DNA of 64,000 nucleotides from Acidimicrobiales bacterium (GTDB taxonomy: Bacteria > Actinomycetota > Acidimicrobiia > Acidimicrobiales > JADJXE01): NCBI GenBank assembly GCA_016716005.1, contig JADJXE010000001.1, positions 3,440,521-3,504,520 of the forward strand, written 5' to 3'. Position numbers and translations under genes: made by a program. Shown in pieces: positions 17,631 through 26,308 of the stretch. The notes under the pieces were generated by a model. That model was not told the origin of the DNA, did not search any database, and saw nothing but the letters and a program-made list of their open reading frames with translations. Each line of letters opens with the position of its first letter. The stretch's first letter is position 1.

Positions 17631-18127
17631 CCCGGGTAGCGGGCGCGGGCGGCCCGGATCTCGCGCCAGGCCGCCTCGCGACCCTCGTAGCCAGCGGTCG
17701 ACGACGTCTTGTCGTGCTCGAGCATCTTGTAGACGTCGAAGAAGTGCTTGATCTCCTCGAGCAGCTGGGGCGAGAGGCCGCTGAGGTCGTCGATCCCGCT
17801 CCAGCGGGGCTCGCTGGGTGGGACGCAGATGACCTTGGCGTCCGGTCCGGCCTCGTCCTCCATCCAGAGCACGCCCACCGGGCGGGCCTCGACCCAGCAG
17901 CCCGGGAACGTCGGGTCCTCGAGCAGGACCAGGGCGTCGAGCGGGTCGCCGTCCTCGCCGAGCGTGTCGGGCACGAAGCCGTAGTCGGCCGGGTAGACGG
18001 TTGCGGTGAACAGGCGCCGGTCGAGCCGGAGCACGTGGCGCTCGTGGTCGTACTCGTACTTGTTGCGGCTCCCCCGGGGGATCTCGATCACGACGTCGAT
18101 GGTCTCGTCTTCCACGACCGTGATCAT
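17627..18127 (-). CDS. ppa: inorganic pyrophosphatase (family I)
   Basis: Starts at ATG 18127 (MITVVEDE...). IEIPRGSRNKYEYD, YPADYGFVPDTLGEDGDPLDALVL. Its stop overlaps the glk stop in the palindrome CTAG. Confidence 0.9.
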   Translation of the reverse strand: MITVVEDETIDVVIEIPRGSRNKYEYDHERHVLRLDRRLFTATVYPADYGFVPDTLGEDGDPLDALVLLEDPTFPGCWVEARPVGVLWMEDEAGPDAKVICVPPSEPRWSGIDDLSGLSPQLLEEIKHFFDVYKMLEHDKTSSTAGYEGREAAWREIRAARARYPG

Positions 18128-18189
18128 GCCGCCTGCCCGAGGGTGGGACCGCACCGGCGCCGCGGTGACCGCCGGGTAACCTCGACCAC

Positions 18190-19374
18190 ATGGAGTTCCG
18201 CCGCATCACGGGCCTGCCGCCGTACGTGTTCTCGATCATCAACAACCTGAAGATCGAGGCACGCCGAGCGGGCGCCGACGTGATCGACCTGGGGTTCGGC
18301 AACCCCGACATCCCCTCGCCCGAGATCGCCGTCGAGAAGCTCGCCGAGGCGGCCCGCAACCCTCGCAACCACCGCTACTCGATGAGCAAGGGCATCCCCA
18401 AGCTCCGCGAGGCCCTCGGCAACCTGTACCTGCGCAAGTGGGGCGTCGAGCTCGACACCGAGACGGAGATCTCCAACACGATCGGCGCCAAGGAGGGCCT
18501 CTCGCACCTCATGTGGGTGCTGCTCGGCCCCGGCGACGCCGCGGTGGTGCCCAGCCCCAGCTACCCGATCCACATCTACGCGCCCCTGTTCGCCGGCGCC
18601 GACGTGCGAGAGGTGCCGATGGGCACCGGTGGCGACTTCTTCGAGCGCCTGCTCGAGGCGTGGCAGCGGGGCTGGCCGCGGCCCCGGGTGATCGTGCTGT
18701 CGTTCCCGCACAACCCCACCACCGAGTGCGTCGACCTCTCGTTCATGCAGCGGGTCGTCGACTTCGCCCGCGAGCACGAGGTGATCCTCGTCCACGACTT
18801 CGCGTACGCCGACCTGGGTTTCGACGGCTACCAGCCGCCGTCGATCCTGCAGGCCGAGGGGGCCAAGGACGTGGCCGTCGAGCTGTACTCGATGACCAAG
18901 AGCTTCTCCATGGCCGGGTGGCGGGTGGCCTTCATGTCCGGCAACGCCGAGGTGATCGCCGCGCTGGCCAAGCTGAAGAGCTACCTCGACTACGGCACCT
19001 TCCAGCCCATCCAGATCGCGGCGACGGTCACCATGAACGAGGCGCCCGACTTCCCGAAGCTCGTCAACGAGGTCTACCAGAGCCGCCGCAACGTGCTCTG
19101 CGACGGGCTCAACCGCATCGGCTGGGAGATCGAGCGCCCCCAGGGCACCATGTTCGTGTGGGCGCAGATCCCCGAGCCCTACCGAGGCATGGGATCGCTC
19201 GAGTTCGCGTCGTACCTGGTGCGCGAGGCCGAGGTGGCGACCTCGCCCGGCATGGGCTTCGGCCCCGGCGGCGAGGGCTACGTGCGGTTCGCGCTGATCG
19301 AGAACGAGCAGCGCACCGGCCAGGCGGTGCGCAACCTCAGGCGGGTCCTCACCGAGCTCACCCCCCCGGCGTAG
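18190..19374 (+). CDS. class I PLP-dependent aminotransferase (AlaC/DapL-like)
   Basis: 394 aa. GFGNPD, SFPHNPT and the PLP-Lys motif YSMTKSFSMAGWR. Substrate not assignable. Confidence 0.85.
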   Translation: MEFRRITGLPPYVFSIINNLKIEARRAGADVIDLGFGNPDIPSPEIAVEKLAEAARNPRNHRYSMSKGIPKLREALGNLYLRKWGVELDTETEISNTIGAKEGLSHLMWVLLGPGDAAVVPSPSYPIHIYAPLFAGADVREVPMGTGGDFFERLLEAWQRGWPRPRVIVLSFPHNPTTECVDLSFMQRVVDFAREHEVILVHDFAYADLGFDGYQPPSILQAEGAKDVAVELYSMTKSFSMAGWRVAFMSGNAEVIAALAKLKSYLDYGTFQPIQIAATVTMNEAPDFPKLVNEVYQSRRNVLCDGLNRIGWEIERPQGTMFVWAQIPEPYRGMGSLEFASYLVREAEVATSPGMGFGPGGEGYVRFALIENEQRTGQAVRNLRRVLTELTPPA

Positions 19375-19978
19375 CCGCTCCCGGCGCAGGTCGGGTGCCG
19401 AGCAGGCCCTCGAGGCAGAAGGCGACGGCGCTGTCGGCGACCTCGTCGGCGGGCTCGCCCCGCTCGTGGAGGAACACCCGGGCCAGCTGGGCCGTGACGC
19501 CCAGCACCGCGTGGGCCAGCACCGCCGGGTCGTCGTCGCGGATGCGCCCCTCGACGATGCCCTCCTTGATGTGGCGCACGGCATCGCTCACCGCGACGTC
19601 CTGGCCCCGGCGCACGGCCGGGGCGAAGCGCTCCTCGGTCGCCGCGAACTGGAACAGGGTGACCAGCTGGCGGTGCTCGGCCCACCACGCCAGCGACGCC
19701 CGGATGCCCCGCTCGATCCGCACCACAGGGTCGGGCTCGTCGCCGATCGCCCGCTGCTGGCGCCGCCGGAGGTCGTGCTGCGCCTCCTTCAGCACCGCCA
19801 GGAGGAGGTCGTCCTTGCTCTGGAAGTACCAGTAGAAGACGCCCTTGCCGACGCCGAGGCCCTCCACGATCTCGGCCACCGACGTCGGGTGGTAGCCGCT
19901 CTCGGCGAAGCGCGCCGCCGCGTAGTCCATGAGCTGGCGCCGGCGCGCCTCGCCCCGAGCGGTGAGGCGGCGCTCCAT
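19358..19978 (-). CDS. TetR-family transcriptional regulator
   Basis: Starts at ATG 19978 (MERRLTARGEARRRQL...). HTH TSVAEIVEGLGVGKGVFYWYFQSKDDLL. Confidence 0.85.
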   Translation of the reverse strand: MERRLTARGEARRRQLMDYAAARFAESGYHPTSVAEIVEGLGVGKGVFYWYFQSKDDLLLAVLKEAQHDLRRRQQRAIGDEPDPVVRIERGIRASLAWWAEHRQLVTLFQFAATEERFAPAVRRGQDVAVSDAVRHIKEGIVEGRIRDDDPAVLAHAVLGVTAQLARVFLHERGEPADEVADSAVAFCLEGLLGTRPAPGAATPGG

Positions 19979-19985
19979 CGAGGGA

Positions 19986-20015
19986 ACCGTAGGCAGGCTT
20001 GACCGCGCGGTCAAG
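19986..20015 (-). promoter_or_regulatory. TetR promoter (-35 TTGACC, 17-nt spacer, -10 TACGGT; near-leaderless) overlapped by a perfect 18-bp palindrome operator
   Basis: CTTGACCGCGCGGTCAAG at 19998-20015 is a perfect palindrome. On the minus strand TTGACC (20014-20009) is followed after 17 nt by TACGGT (19991-19986), which lies 7 nt before ATG 19978. Confidence 0.55.
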
Positions 20016-20069
20016 AACCGGATCGGGGCCTCGGGGCGCGAAACCGCCTGTTCACACCGGCCGTCTACC

Positions 20070-20723
20070 GTGCACGGCGTGGAGCTGTTCGTGGTCCGGC
20101 TCTGGCTGCCCGACCGGCCCGGGGCCCTCGGGGCGGTCGCGAGCCGGATCGGCGCGGTGCGCGGCGACGTGGTCGGCATCGACATCCTCGAGCGGGGCGC
20201 GGGACGGGCCATCGACGAGCTGGTCGTCGGCCTGCCCGACCCGTCGCTGGTCGACCTGCTGGTCGCCGAGATCGGCCAGGTGGACGGGGTGGACGTCGAG
20301 GACGTGCGGCCCCAGGCCGGGCCCCTCCGGGATCACCGGCTCGAGGCGCTCGAGAGCGCGGCCCGGCTCGTCGAGACCAGCGATCCGCCCGACCTGCTCC
20401 AGTCCCTCTGCGCCGAGGTCCGCCGCGACTACGACGCCGACTGGACCGCCGTGGTCGAGGCCGGCGCCGAGCAGGTCCGCCAGTCCGCGGGCGATGCGCC
20501 GTCGGCGGCCTGGCTGGGCGCCTTCGTGCACGGGAGCCGCTCGTCGGAGGTCGTCGCGTCCGGCCAGGCCGGCCCCGAGGACGTCGTCTTCGCCGGGCTC
20601 CCGCGAGCGGGCCTCGAGCTCGTGGTCGGCCGCGACGGCCGGCCGTTCCGGGCCCGCGAGCGCCGCGAGGTGGCTGCGCTGGCGCGCATCGCCGACCGGC
20701 GCTGGGCCGAGCTGACCGGGTGA
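20070..20723 (+). CDS. ACT-domain-containing protein
   Basis: GTG 20070. FVVRLWLPDRPGALGAVASRIGAVRGDVVGIDIL is an ACT-like beta-alpha-beta start. The C-terminal ~140 aa are unassigned. Confidence 0.6.
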   Translation: MHGVELFVVRLWLPDRPGALGAVASRIGAVRGDVVGIDILERGAGRAIDELVVGLPDPSLVDLLVAEIGQVDGVDVEDVRPQAGPLRDHRLEALESAARLVETSDPPDLLQSLCAEVRRDYDADWTAVVEAGAEQVRQSAGDAPSAAWLGAFVHGSRSSEVVASGQAGPEDVVFAGLPRAGLELVVGRDGRPFRARERREVAALARIADRRWAELTG

Positions 20724-20750
20724 CGGCCCCGGCTGCGGGCCGGGCCGAGC

Positions 20751-20798
20751 GGGTGACGGGCCGACCGGGTGACGGGCCGACCGGGTGACGGGCCGGTG
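20751..20798. repeat. 16-bp tandem repeat x3 (GGGTGACGGGCCGACC)
   Basis: Units at 20751, 20767 and 20783 (the third is 14/16). The unit echoes the gene-end context ccgggtgacgg at 20716-20726. Confidence 0.85.
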
Positions 20799-20803
20799 GC
20801 GGG

Positions 20804-22303
20804 TCATCCCTCCCAGGGCTCGCTGCCGGCCGGCTCCCAGCCGCGGGCCCGCTCGACGGCTCGGGCCCACCCGGCGTGCCGGGCGTCGGCCACCGCGGCC
20901 GGCACCGCCGGCGACACCTCCACGTCGAGCCGCCAGTTGGCGGCCACGTCGTCGAGCGAGCCCCACACGCCCTCGGCCAGGCCGGCGAGGTACGCCGCTC
21001 CCAGCGCCGTGGTCTCCTGCACCACCGGGCGGGCCACGGGGACCTGCAGCTGGTCGGCCTGGAGCTGCAGCAGGAGGTCCATCACCGAGGCGCCGCCGTC
21101 GACCCGCAGGGAGGAGATCGGGTGGCCGCCGGCGGCCGCCATGGCCTCGACCACGTCGCGCGTCTGGTACACCATCGCCTCGACCACGGCCCGGGCCAGG
21201 TGGGCACGCCCCACCCCCCGGGTCAGCCCCACGATCGTGCCGCGGGCGTAGGGATCCCACCAGGGGCTCCCGAGGCCGGTGAACGCCGGGACCAGGTAGA
21301 CGCCCTCGGTGTCCGCGCAGCTGGCGGCCAGCGGCCCGATCTCGGCGGCCTCGCCGATGATGCCGAGCCCGTCGCGGAGCCACTGGACGGCGGCACCGGT
21401 GACGAAGATCGCTCCTTCGAGCGCGTACGTGGCACCCGGCACGCCGTCCAGGGTCCAGGCCACCGTGGTGAGCAGGCCCTCCACCGGCGGTGGGCACCGA
21501 TCGCCCACGTTCATCAGCACGAACGAGCCGGTCCCGTAGGTGTTCTTGGTGGCGCCGGGTGCGAAGCAGGCCTGGCCGAACAGCGCGGCCTGCTGGTCGC
21601 CGGCGATGCCGCTCACCGGGATCCCCGGGGGGAGGCCGCACCCCTCGACGGTCACGCCGAAGCGTCCGCTCGAGGCTCGCACCTCGGGCAGGCAGGCCGG
21701 CGGCACGCCGAACCGCTCGCACAGCTCCGGGTCCCATGCCCGCTCCCGGATGTCGTAGAGCAGGGTGCGGCTGGCGTTGGAGGGGTCGGTGGCGTGGACC
21801 GCTCCCCCGGTGAGGTGCCACAGCACCCACGAGTCGACGGTGCCGAACGCCAGGTGCGGCCCGGCCTCCACGCCCCCCTCGCCGAGGAGCCACTCCAGCT
21901 TGGTGGCCGAGAAGTACGGGTCGAGCACCAGCCCGGTGCGCTCGCGGACGAGGGGGAGGAGGCCCTGCTCGCGCAGCTCGTCGCACCGACCCGCCGTACG
22001 GCGGTCCTGCCACACGATGGCCCGGTGCCGCGGCCGGCCGGTGCGGCGGTCCCACACCACGGTCGTCTCGCGCTGGTCGGTGACGCCGACGGCCGCGATC
22101 GGCTGGTCGAGCCCCGAGGCCAGCTCGCCGAGCGTGGTGCGCACCGCGGCCAGGATGTCGTCGGGATCGTGCTCCACCCAACCGGGCCGAGGGAAGTGCT
22201 GGGGGAACTCGCGGTAGGACCGGCCGACGACGGCGCCGGCCTCGTCGACCGCGAGCGACCGGACGCCGGTCGTCCCGGCGTCGATGGCGATGACCACGGG
22301 CAT
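20804..22303 (-). CDS. glpK: glycerol kinase
   Basis: 499 aa. AIDAGTTGVRS, QRETTVVWD, FGTVDSWVLWHLTGG, GDQQAALFGQ. Confidence 0.95.
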   Translation of the reverse strand: MPVVIAIDAGTTGVRSLAVDEAGAVVGRSYREFPQHFPRPGWVEHDPDDILAAVRTTLGELASGLDQPIAAVGVTDQRETTVVWDRRTGRPRHRAIVWQDRRTAGRCDELREQGLLPLVRERTGLVLDPYFSATKLEWLLGEGGVEAGPHLAFGTVDSWVLWHLTGGAVHATDPSNASRTLLYDIRERAWDPELCERFGVPPACLPEVRASSGRFGVTVEGCGLPPGIPVSGIAGDQQAALFGQACFAPGATKNTYGTGSFVLMNVGDRCPPPVEGLLTTVAWTLDGVPGATYALEGAIFVTGAAVQWLRDGLGIIGEAAEIGPLAASCADTEGVYLVPAFTGLGSPWWDPYARGTIVGLTRGVGRAHLARAVVEAMVYQTRDVVEAMAAAGGHPISSLRVDGGASVMDLLLQLQADQLQVPVARPVVQETTALGAAYLAGLAEGVWGSLDDVAANWRLDVEVSPAVPAAVADARHAGWARAVERARGWEPAGSEPWEG

Positions 22304-22358
22304 GGGTACACGGTAGGCCCCTCGTCGCCAGCGCTGTTCACGGTGCGTTCACACCGGC

Positions 22359-22391
22359 CCTGGCTAGGGTGAACGCCGTTCCCTAGCCAGG
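22359..22391 (+). promoter_or_regulatory. 11-bp perfect inverted repeat in the pfk leader / glpK-pfk divergent region
   Basis: cctggctaggg (22359-22369), an 11-nt spacer, then ccctagccagg (22381-22391). It ends 2 nt before the pfk RBS ggaggtgg. Confidence 0.4.
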
Positions 22392-22404
22392 TGGAGGTGG
22401 CCCC

Positions 22405-23436
22405 ATGCGGGTCGGCATGCTCACGGGTGGCGGCGACTGCCCCGGTCTCAACGCCGTGATCCGAGCGATCGTCCGCAAGGGCGTGGGCGAGTACGGCGAC
22501 GAGCTGGTCGGGTTCCTCGACGGGTGGAGGGGGCTGATCGAGAACCGTGCCGAGCCCCTCACCGTGGAGCGCATGCGCGGCACGCTCCCGCGGGGCGGCA
22601 CCATCATCGGGACGTCGCGCACCAACCCGTACAAGGTCGACGGCGGGGTCGAGGCCTGCCGGGCAACCCTGGCGGCCCAGGGCGTCGATGCGCTGATCGC
22701 CATCGGTGGGGAGGACACGCTGGGGGTGGCCAACAAGCTGCACGCCGAGGGCGTGCAGGTGGTCGGGGTCCCCAAGACCATCGACAACGACCTGTCGGCC
22801 ACCGAGGTCACGTTCGGCTTCCACACGGCGGTGCAGATCGCAACCGACGCCATCGATCGGCTGCACACCACGGCGGAGTCGCACGATCGCGTGATGGTCG
22901 TCGAGGTGATGGGCCGCCACGCCGGCTGGATCGCCACCTACGCCGGCATCGCCGGTGGCGCCACCGAGATCCTCATCCCCGAGGAGGAGTTCGACATCGA
23001 GGTGGTGTGCGAGAAGATCCGTCAGCGGCACGCGGCCGGCCGCTACGCCTCGATCGTGGTCGTGGCCGAGGGCGCGCAGCCCAAGGCCGGCACCCTCGTG
23101 ACCCAGTCGGGTGAGCTCGACGCCTTCGGCCACGTCCGCCTGGGTGGTATCGCCAACGCGATCGCCCAGGAGATCGAGGGCCGCACCGGCTTCGAGACCC
23201 GGGTGACGATCCTCGGCCACATCCAGCGGGGTGGCACCCCCACCGCCTACGACCGCGTGCTGTCGACCCGCTTCGGCATCGGCGCCATCGACGCCGTGCA
23301 CGACGGGGCCTTCGGGCAGATGGTGGCCCTCCGGTGCGACGAGATCGTGCGCGTCCCGCTGTCCGAGGCGGTCGGCACGCTCAAGACCGTCGATCCGCAC
23401 CTGTACCACGGGGTCGCCGAGGTCTTCTTCGGGTGA
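22405..23436 (+). CDS. pfkA: 6-phosphofructokinase (phosphoryl donor undetermined)
   Basis: 343 aa. GGGDCPGLNAVIRA, IGGEDTLG, PKTIDNDL, MGRHAGW. Confidence 0.9.
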   Translation: MRVGMLTGGGDCPGLNAVIRAIVRKGVGEYGDELVGFLDGWRGLIENRAEPLTVERMRGTLPRGGTIIGTSRTNPYKVDGGVEACRATLAAQGVDALIAIGGEDTLGVANKLHAEGVQVVGVPKTIDNDLSATEVTFGFHTAVQIATDAIDRLHTTAESHDRVMVVEVMGRHAGWIATYAGIAGGATEILIPEEEFDIEVVCEKIRQRHAAGRYASIVVVAEGAQPKAGTLVTQSGELDAFGHVRLGGIANAIAQEIEGRTGFETRVTILGHIQRGGTPTAYDRVLSTRFGIGAIDAVHDGAFGQMVALRCDEIVRVPLSEAVGTLKTVDPHLYHGVAEVFFG

Positions 23437-23480
23437 GCGTCGGCGCCGCCCTGGGCAGCGGCCGCCGGTAGCCTCCCCCC

Positions 23481-24821
23481 GTGCGCGTCGTGGTCGTCGG
23501 GGCCGGCGAGGTCGGCTCGTTCGTCGCCGAGCGCCTGAGCCGTGAAGGCCACGACGTTGCGGTGGTCGAGCGCGACCGGGGCCGTCTGCGCCAGCTGGAG
23601 GACACGCTCGACGTCCTCGCCGTGGCCGGCGAGGGGACGAGCCCCGCGGCGTTGCAGCGGGCCGGGTTGGCCAGGGCCGACCTGCTGGTGGCCGTCACGA
23701 GCAGCGACGACACCAACCTGGTGGCGTGCCTGCTCGCCGCGCAGGCGGGGGTGGCCCGCCGCGTCGCTCGGATCGAGTCGGCCGAGCTCCGCGGCCCCCA
23801 GGCCCGGCGCCTGCACGAGGCGGTCGGCGCCGATCTCGTGCTCGACCCCGACCTCGAGGCCGCAGAGGAGATCCTCGACCTGCTCGAGCTGCCGGGCGCG
23901 ACCGACGTCGCCGATCTGGCCGGGGGCGAGGTGCTCGTCGTCGGGGCGCGGCTGGCGGCCGGCGCCCCCGTCGTCGGGCGCACCCTCTCCGAGCTCGCGG
24001 CCGAGCGCGAGCCCGAGTGGGACCTGCTGTTCGGTGCCGTCGGCCGCGAGGGCCGGACGATCATCCCGAGGGGCGATCTCCGCCTCGAAGCCGGTGACCT
24101 CGTGCGGGTGCTGTGCACCCGCCGGGCCCGGGCCGACCTCGCCCGTCTGCTCGGGCTCCAGCGGTCGGCGGCGCGACGGGTGATGGTGCTGGGCGGGGGC
24201 CGCACCGGCGAGCACCTGGCCCGGCGACTCGAGCAGCGGGGCGCCTCGGTCGTGGTCGTGGAGCACGACGCAGCCCGGGCCGAGGAGCTGGCCGAGCGGC
24301 TGCCCCGCACCCTGGTGTTGCAGGGGGACGTCACCGACGCCGACCTCCTCGCCGAGGAGCAGGTGGAGCAGGCCGACGCCGTGGTGGCCCTCACCGGCGA
24401 GGACGACGCCAACGTGCTCGCCTGCCTGTACGCCCGCTCGGTCGGCGTCCCGGAGACGGTGGCGATGGTGCACCGCCTCACCTTCCTCCCGCTCCTGGCT
24501 CAGGCCGGCATCCACGCGCTCACGTCGCGCACGGCGTTCGCCAACGCGGTGCTCCGGTCCGTGCGGGGGGACGTCGCCGCGGTGGCGACCTTCCTCGAGG
24601 GGGAGGCCGAGGTCCTCGAGCTCGAGGTGCGGCAGGGCAGCGCGGCCGACGGGGCGGCCATCGCGGGGCTCGGGTTGCCCGGCGACGTGCTCATCGGTGC
24701 GGTGGTGCGCGACGGGAAGGCGCGGATCGGCCGCGGACGGACGGTGCTCCGAGCCCGGGACCACGTCGTGGTGTTCGCCCGGGTGGAGGCCGTCCCCGCC
24801 GTGCGCCGGGCCTTCGAGTGA
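23481..24821 (+). CDS. trkA: Trk potassium-uptake system NAD-binding subunit
   Basis: 446 aa with two RCK halves, each carrying GxGxxG (VVGAGEVGSF; VLGGGRTGEH). Confidence 0.9.
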   Translation: MRVVVVGAGEVGSFVAERLSREGHDVAVVERDRGRLRQLEDTLDVLAVAGEGTSPAALQRAGLARADLLVAVTSSDDTNLVACLLAAQAGVARRVARIESAELRGPQARRLHEAVGADLVLDPDLEAAEEILDLLELPGATDVADLAGGEVLVVGARLAAGAPVVGRTLSELAAEREPEWDLLFGAVGREGRTIIPRGDLRLEAGDLVRVLCTRRARADLARLLGLQRSAARRVMVLGGGRTGEHLARRLEQRGASVVVVEHDAARAEELAERLPRTLVLQGDVTDADLLAEEQVEQADAVVALTGEDDANVLACLYARSVGVPETVAMVHRLTFLPLLAQAGIHALTSRTAFANAVLRSVRGDVAAVATFLEGEAEVLELEVRQGSAADGAAIAGLGLPGDVLIGAVVRDGKARIGRGRTVLRARDHVVVFARVEAVPAVRRAFE

Positions 24822-26308
24822 CCCGGGCGGCCGCGCCGGCCCGGTGGGCCGCCGGCGCGGCGCTGGTCGCGGCCGGCGCCGGCTCTGCGCTGGGCGCGGT
24901 GGCGGACCGGGTGACGGGTGGCCCGCACGCCTCGGCCCTGGGCCTCTCGGCCCTGGGGCTGGCGCTCCCCGGCCTGGCGCTGCTCGCGCGGTCGCGGCTG
25001 CCGGACCGGGCGGGGCTCTCGAGCGTGCTCACCGCGGTGCTGGCCGGCTGGGTGGTGCTGGCCCTGGCCGCAGCCGTGCCCTACCTGGCCACCGGAACCT
25101 TCGACCGCCCGTCGGACGCGGTGTTCGAGGCGGTCTCGGGTGTGACCACCACCGGGATGACGGTGCTCCGGGCCCCGGAGCAGGCATCCAGGGGGGTGCT
25201 GCTGTGGCGGGCCGCCACCCAGTGGATCGGTGGCCTCGCGGTGCTCGTGCTCGTCGGTGCGGTCCTGCCGAGCCTGGGTGCGGGTGGTGCCAACCCGGCC
25301 GGGGCCGGCGGTGTCCACGGCGGGCGGAACCTGTCGGGCCGGGTGCGGGCCACGGTGCGGCGGCTCGGGCCGGTGTACGTGGGCTTCACGGCGGTGGTGG
25401 CCGCCGCGTACCTCGTCGCCGGCATGGGTGCGTTCGACGCGGTGGCCCATGCCCTCACCACCGCGTCCACCGGCGGGTTCTCCACGCACCGGCTGTCGAT
25501 CGCGGCGTTCGGCTCCGCCGCCGTCGAGTGGGTCGCGTGCGCCGCCATGGTCCTCGCCGGCCTCAGCCTGCCGTTCATCTGGCGAGCGCTCACGGGGCGA
25601 CCGGGGCGGCTGGTCGGGTCGGTCGAGGTGCGGTGGTACCTGGGTGGCCTGCTCGCCTTCGGCGTGGTCGCGGCGGTGTGGAACTCGTCGTCCGGTGGGC
25701 TCAGCCACGAGGAGATCCGCCACTCGCTGTTCACGGTGGCGTCGGCCGGGTCGACCACCGGCTACTGGGTGACGGGCATCGGCGGCTGGCTGTCGCCGGC
25801 CCAGGCGCTGCTGCTGCTCGCCATGGCGATCGGACCGTGCTCCGGCTCGCTCGGTGGCGGGCTGAAGGTGGAGCGCGTGCTCGCGCTGTCGAGCTGGGTC
25901 CGCCGCGACCTGCTCGTGCAGCGGCACCCGAGCGCCGTGCGGCCCGTGCGGGTCGGGCGGGAGCCGGTGGCCGAGGAGGCCGCCCGGCGCATGGTGGGCT
26001 ACTTCACGGTCACCTTCCTGCTCGCCATGGCGGCCATGGTGTTCGTGGCCACGCTGGGAGCCGACCTGCTCACGGCGGTGTCAGCGGTGGTGAGCGCGCT
26101 GGCCAACGTGGGGCCGGCGCTGGGTCGGCTGGCGCCTCCTCAGACGGCCGCCGATCTGGGCCCGGGTGCCCGGGCCGTGCTCGCGGTGGTGATGCTGGTG
26201 GGGCGCCTCGAGGTGTTCCCGGTGCTCGTCGGGCTGGGGGCCGCGCTGCACGGCGCGCGGGTGGCGGGACACCGGGTGCGGGCGCGGGCCCGGGGGATGG
26301 GCCGGTGA
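24818..26308 (+). CDS. TrkH-family cation transporter (divergent paralogue 1)
   Basis: GTG 24818 overlaps the trkA stop (GTGA). Pore-loop-like motifs SGVTTTGMT, TASTGGFST, SAGSTTGY and CSGSLGGGLK. Confidence 0.8.
   Translation: MTRAAAPARWAAGAALVAAGAGSALGAVADRVTGGPHASALGLSALGLALPGLALLARSRLPDRAGLSSVLTAVLAGWVVLALAAAVPYLATGTFDRPSDAVFEAVSGVTTTGMTVLRAPEQASRGVLLWRAATQWIGGLAVLVLVGAVLPSLGAGGANPAGAGGVHGGRNLSGRVRATVRRLGPVYVGFTAVVAAAYLVAGMGAFDAVAHALTTASTGGFSTHRLSIAAFGSAAVEWVACAAMVLAGLSLPFIWRALTGRPGRLVGSVEVRWYLGGLLAFGVVAAVWNSSSGGLSHEEIRHSLFTVASAGSTTGYWVTGIGGWLSPAQALLLLAMAIGPCSGSLGGGLKVERVLALSSWVRRDLLVQRHPSAVRPVRVGREPVAEEAARRMVGYFTVTFLLAMAAMVFVATLGADLLTAVSAVVSALANVGPALGRLAPPQTAADLGPGARAVLAVVMLVGRLEVFPVLVGLGAALHGARVAGHRVRARARGMGR

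Noticed and set aside
20050-20062. The 13-mer GTTCACACCGGCC is shared by two intergenic regions (20050-20062 and 22347-22359) flanking glpK. It might be a common regulator site.
   Set aside because: A single 13-nt match between GC-rich intergenic regions is about what chance allows, roughly one expected among the intergenic sequence here. I found no dyad symmetry common to both sites.
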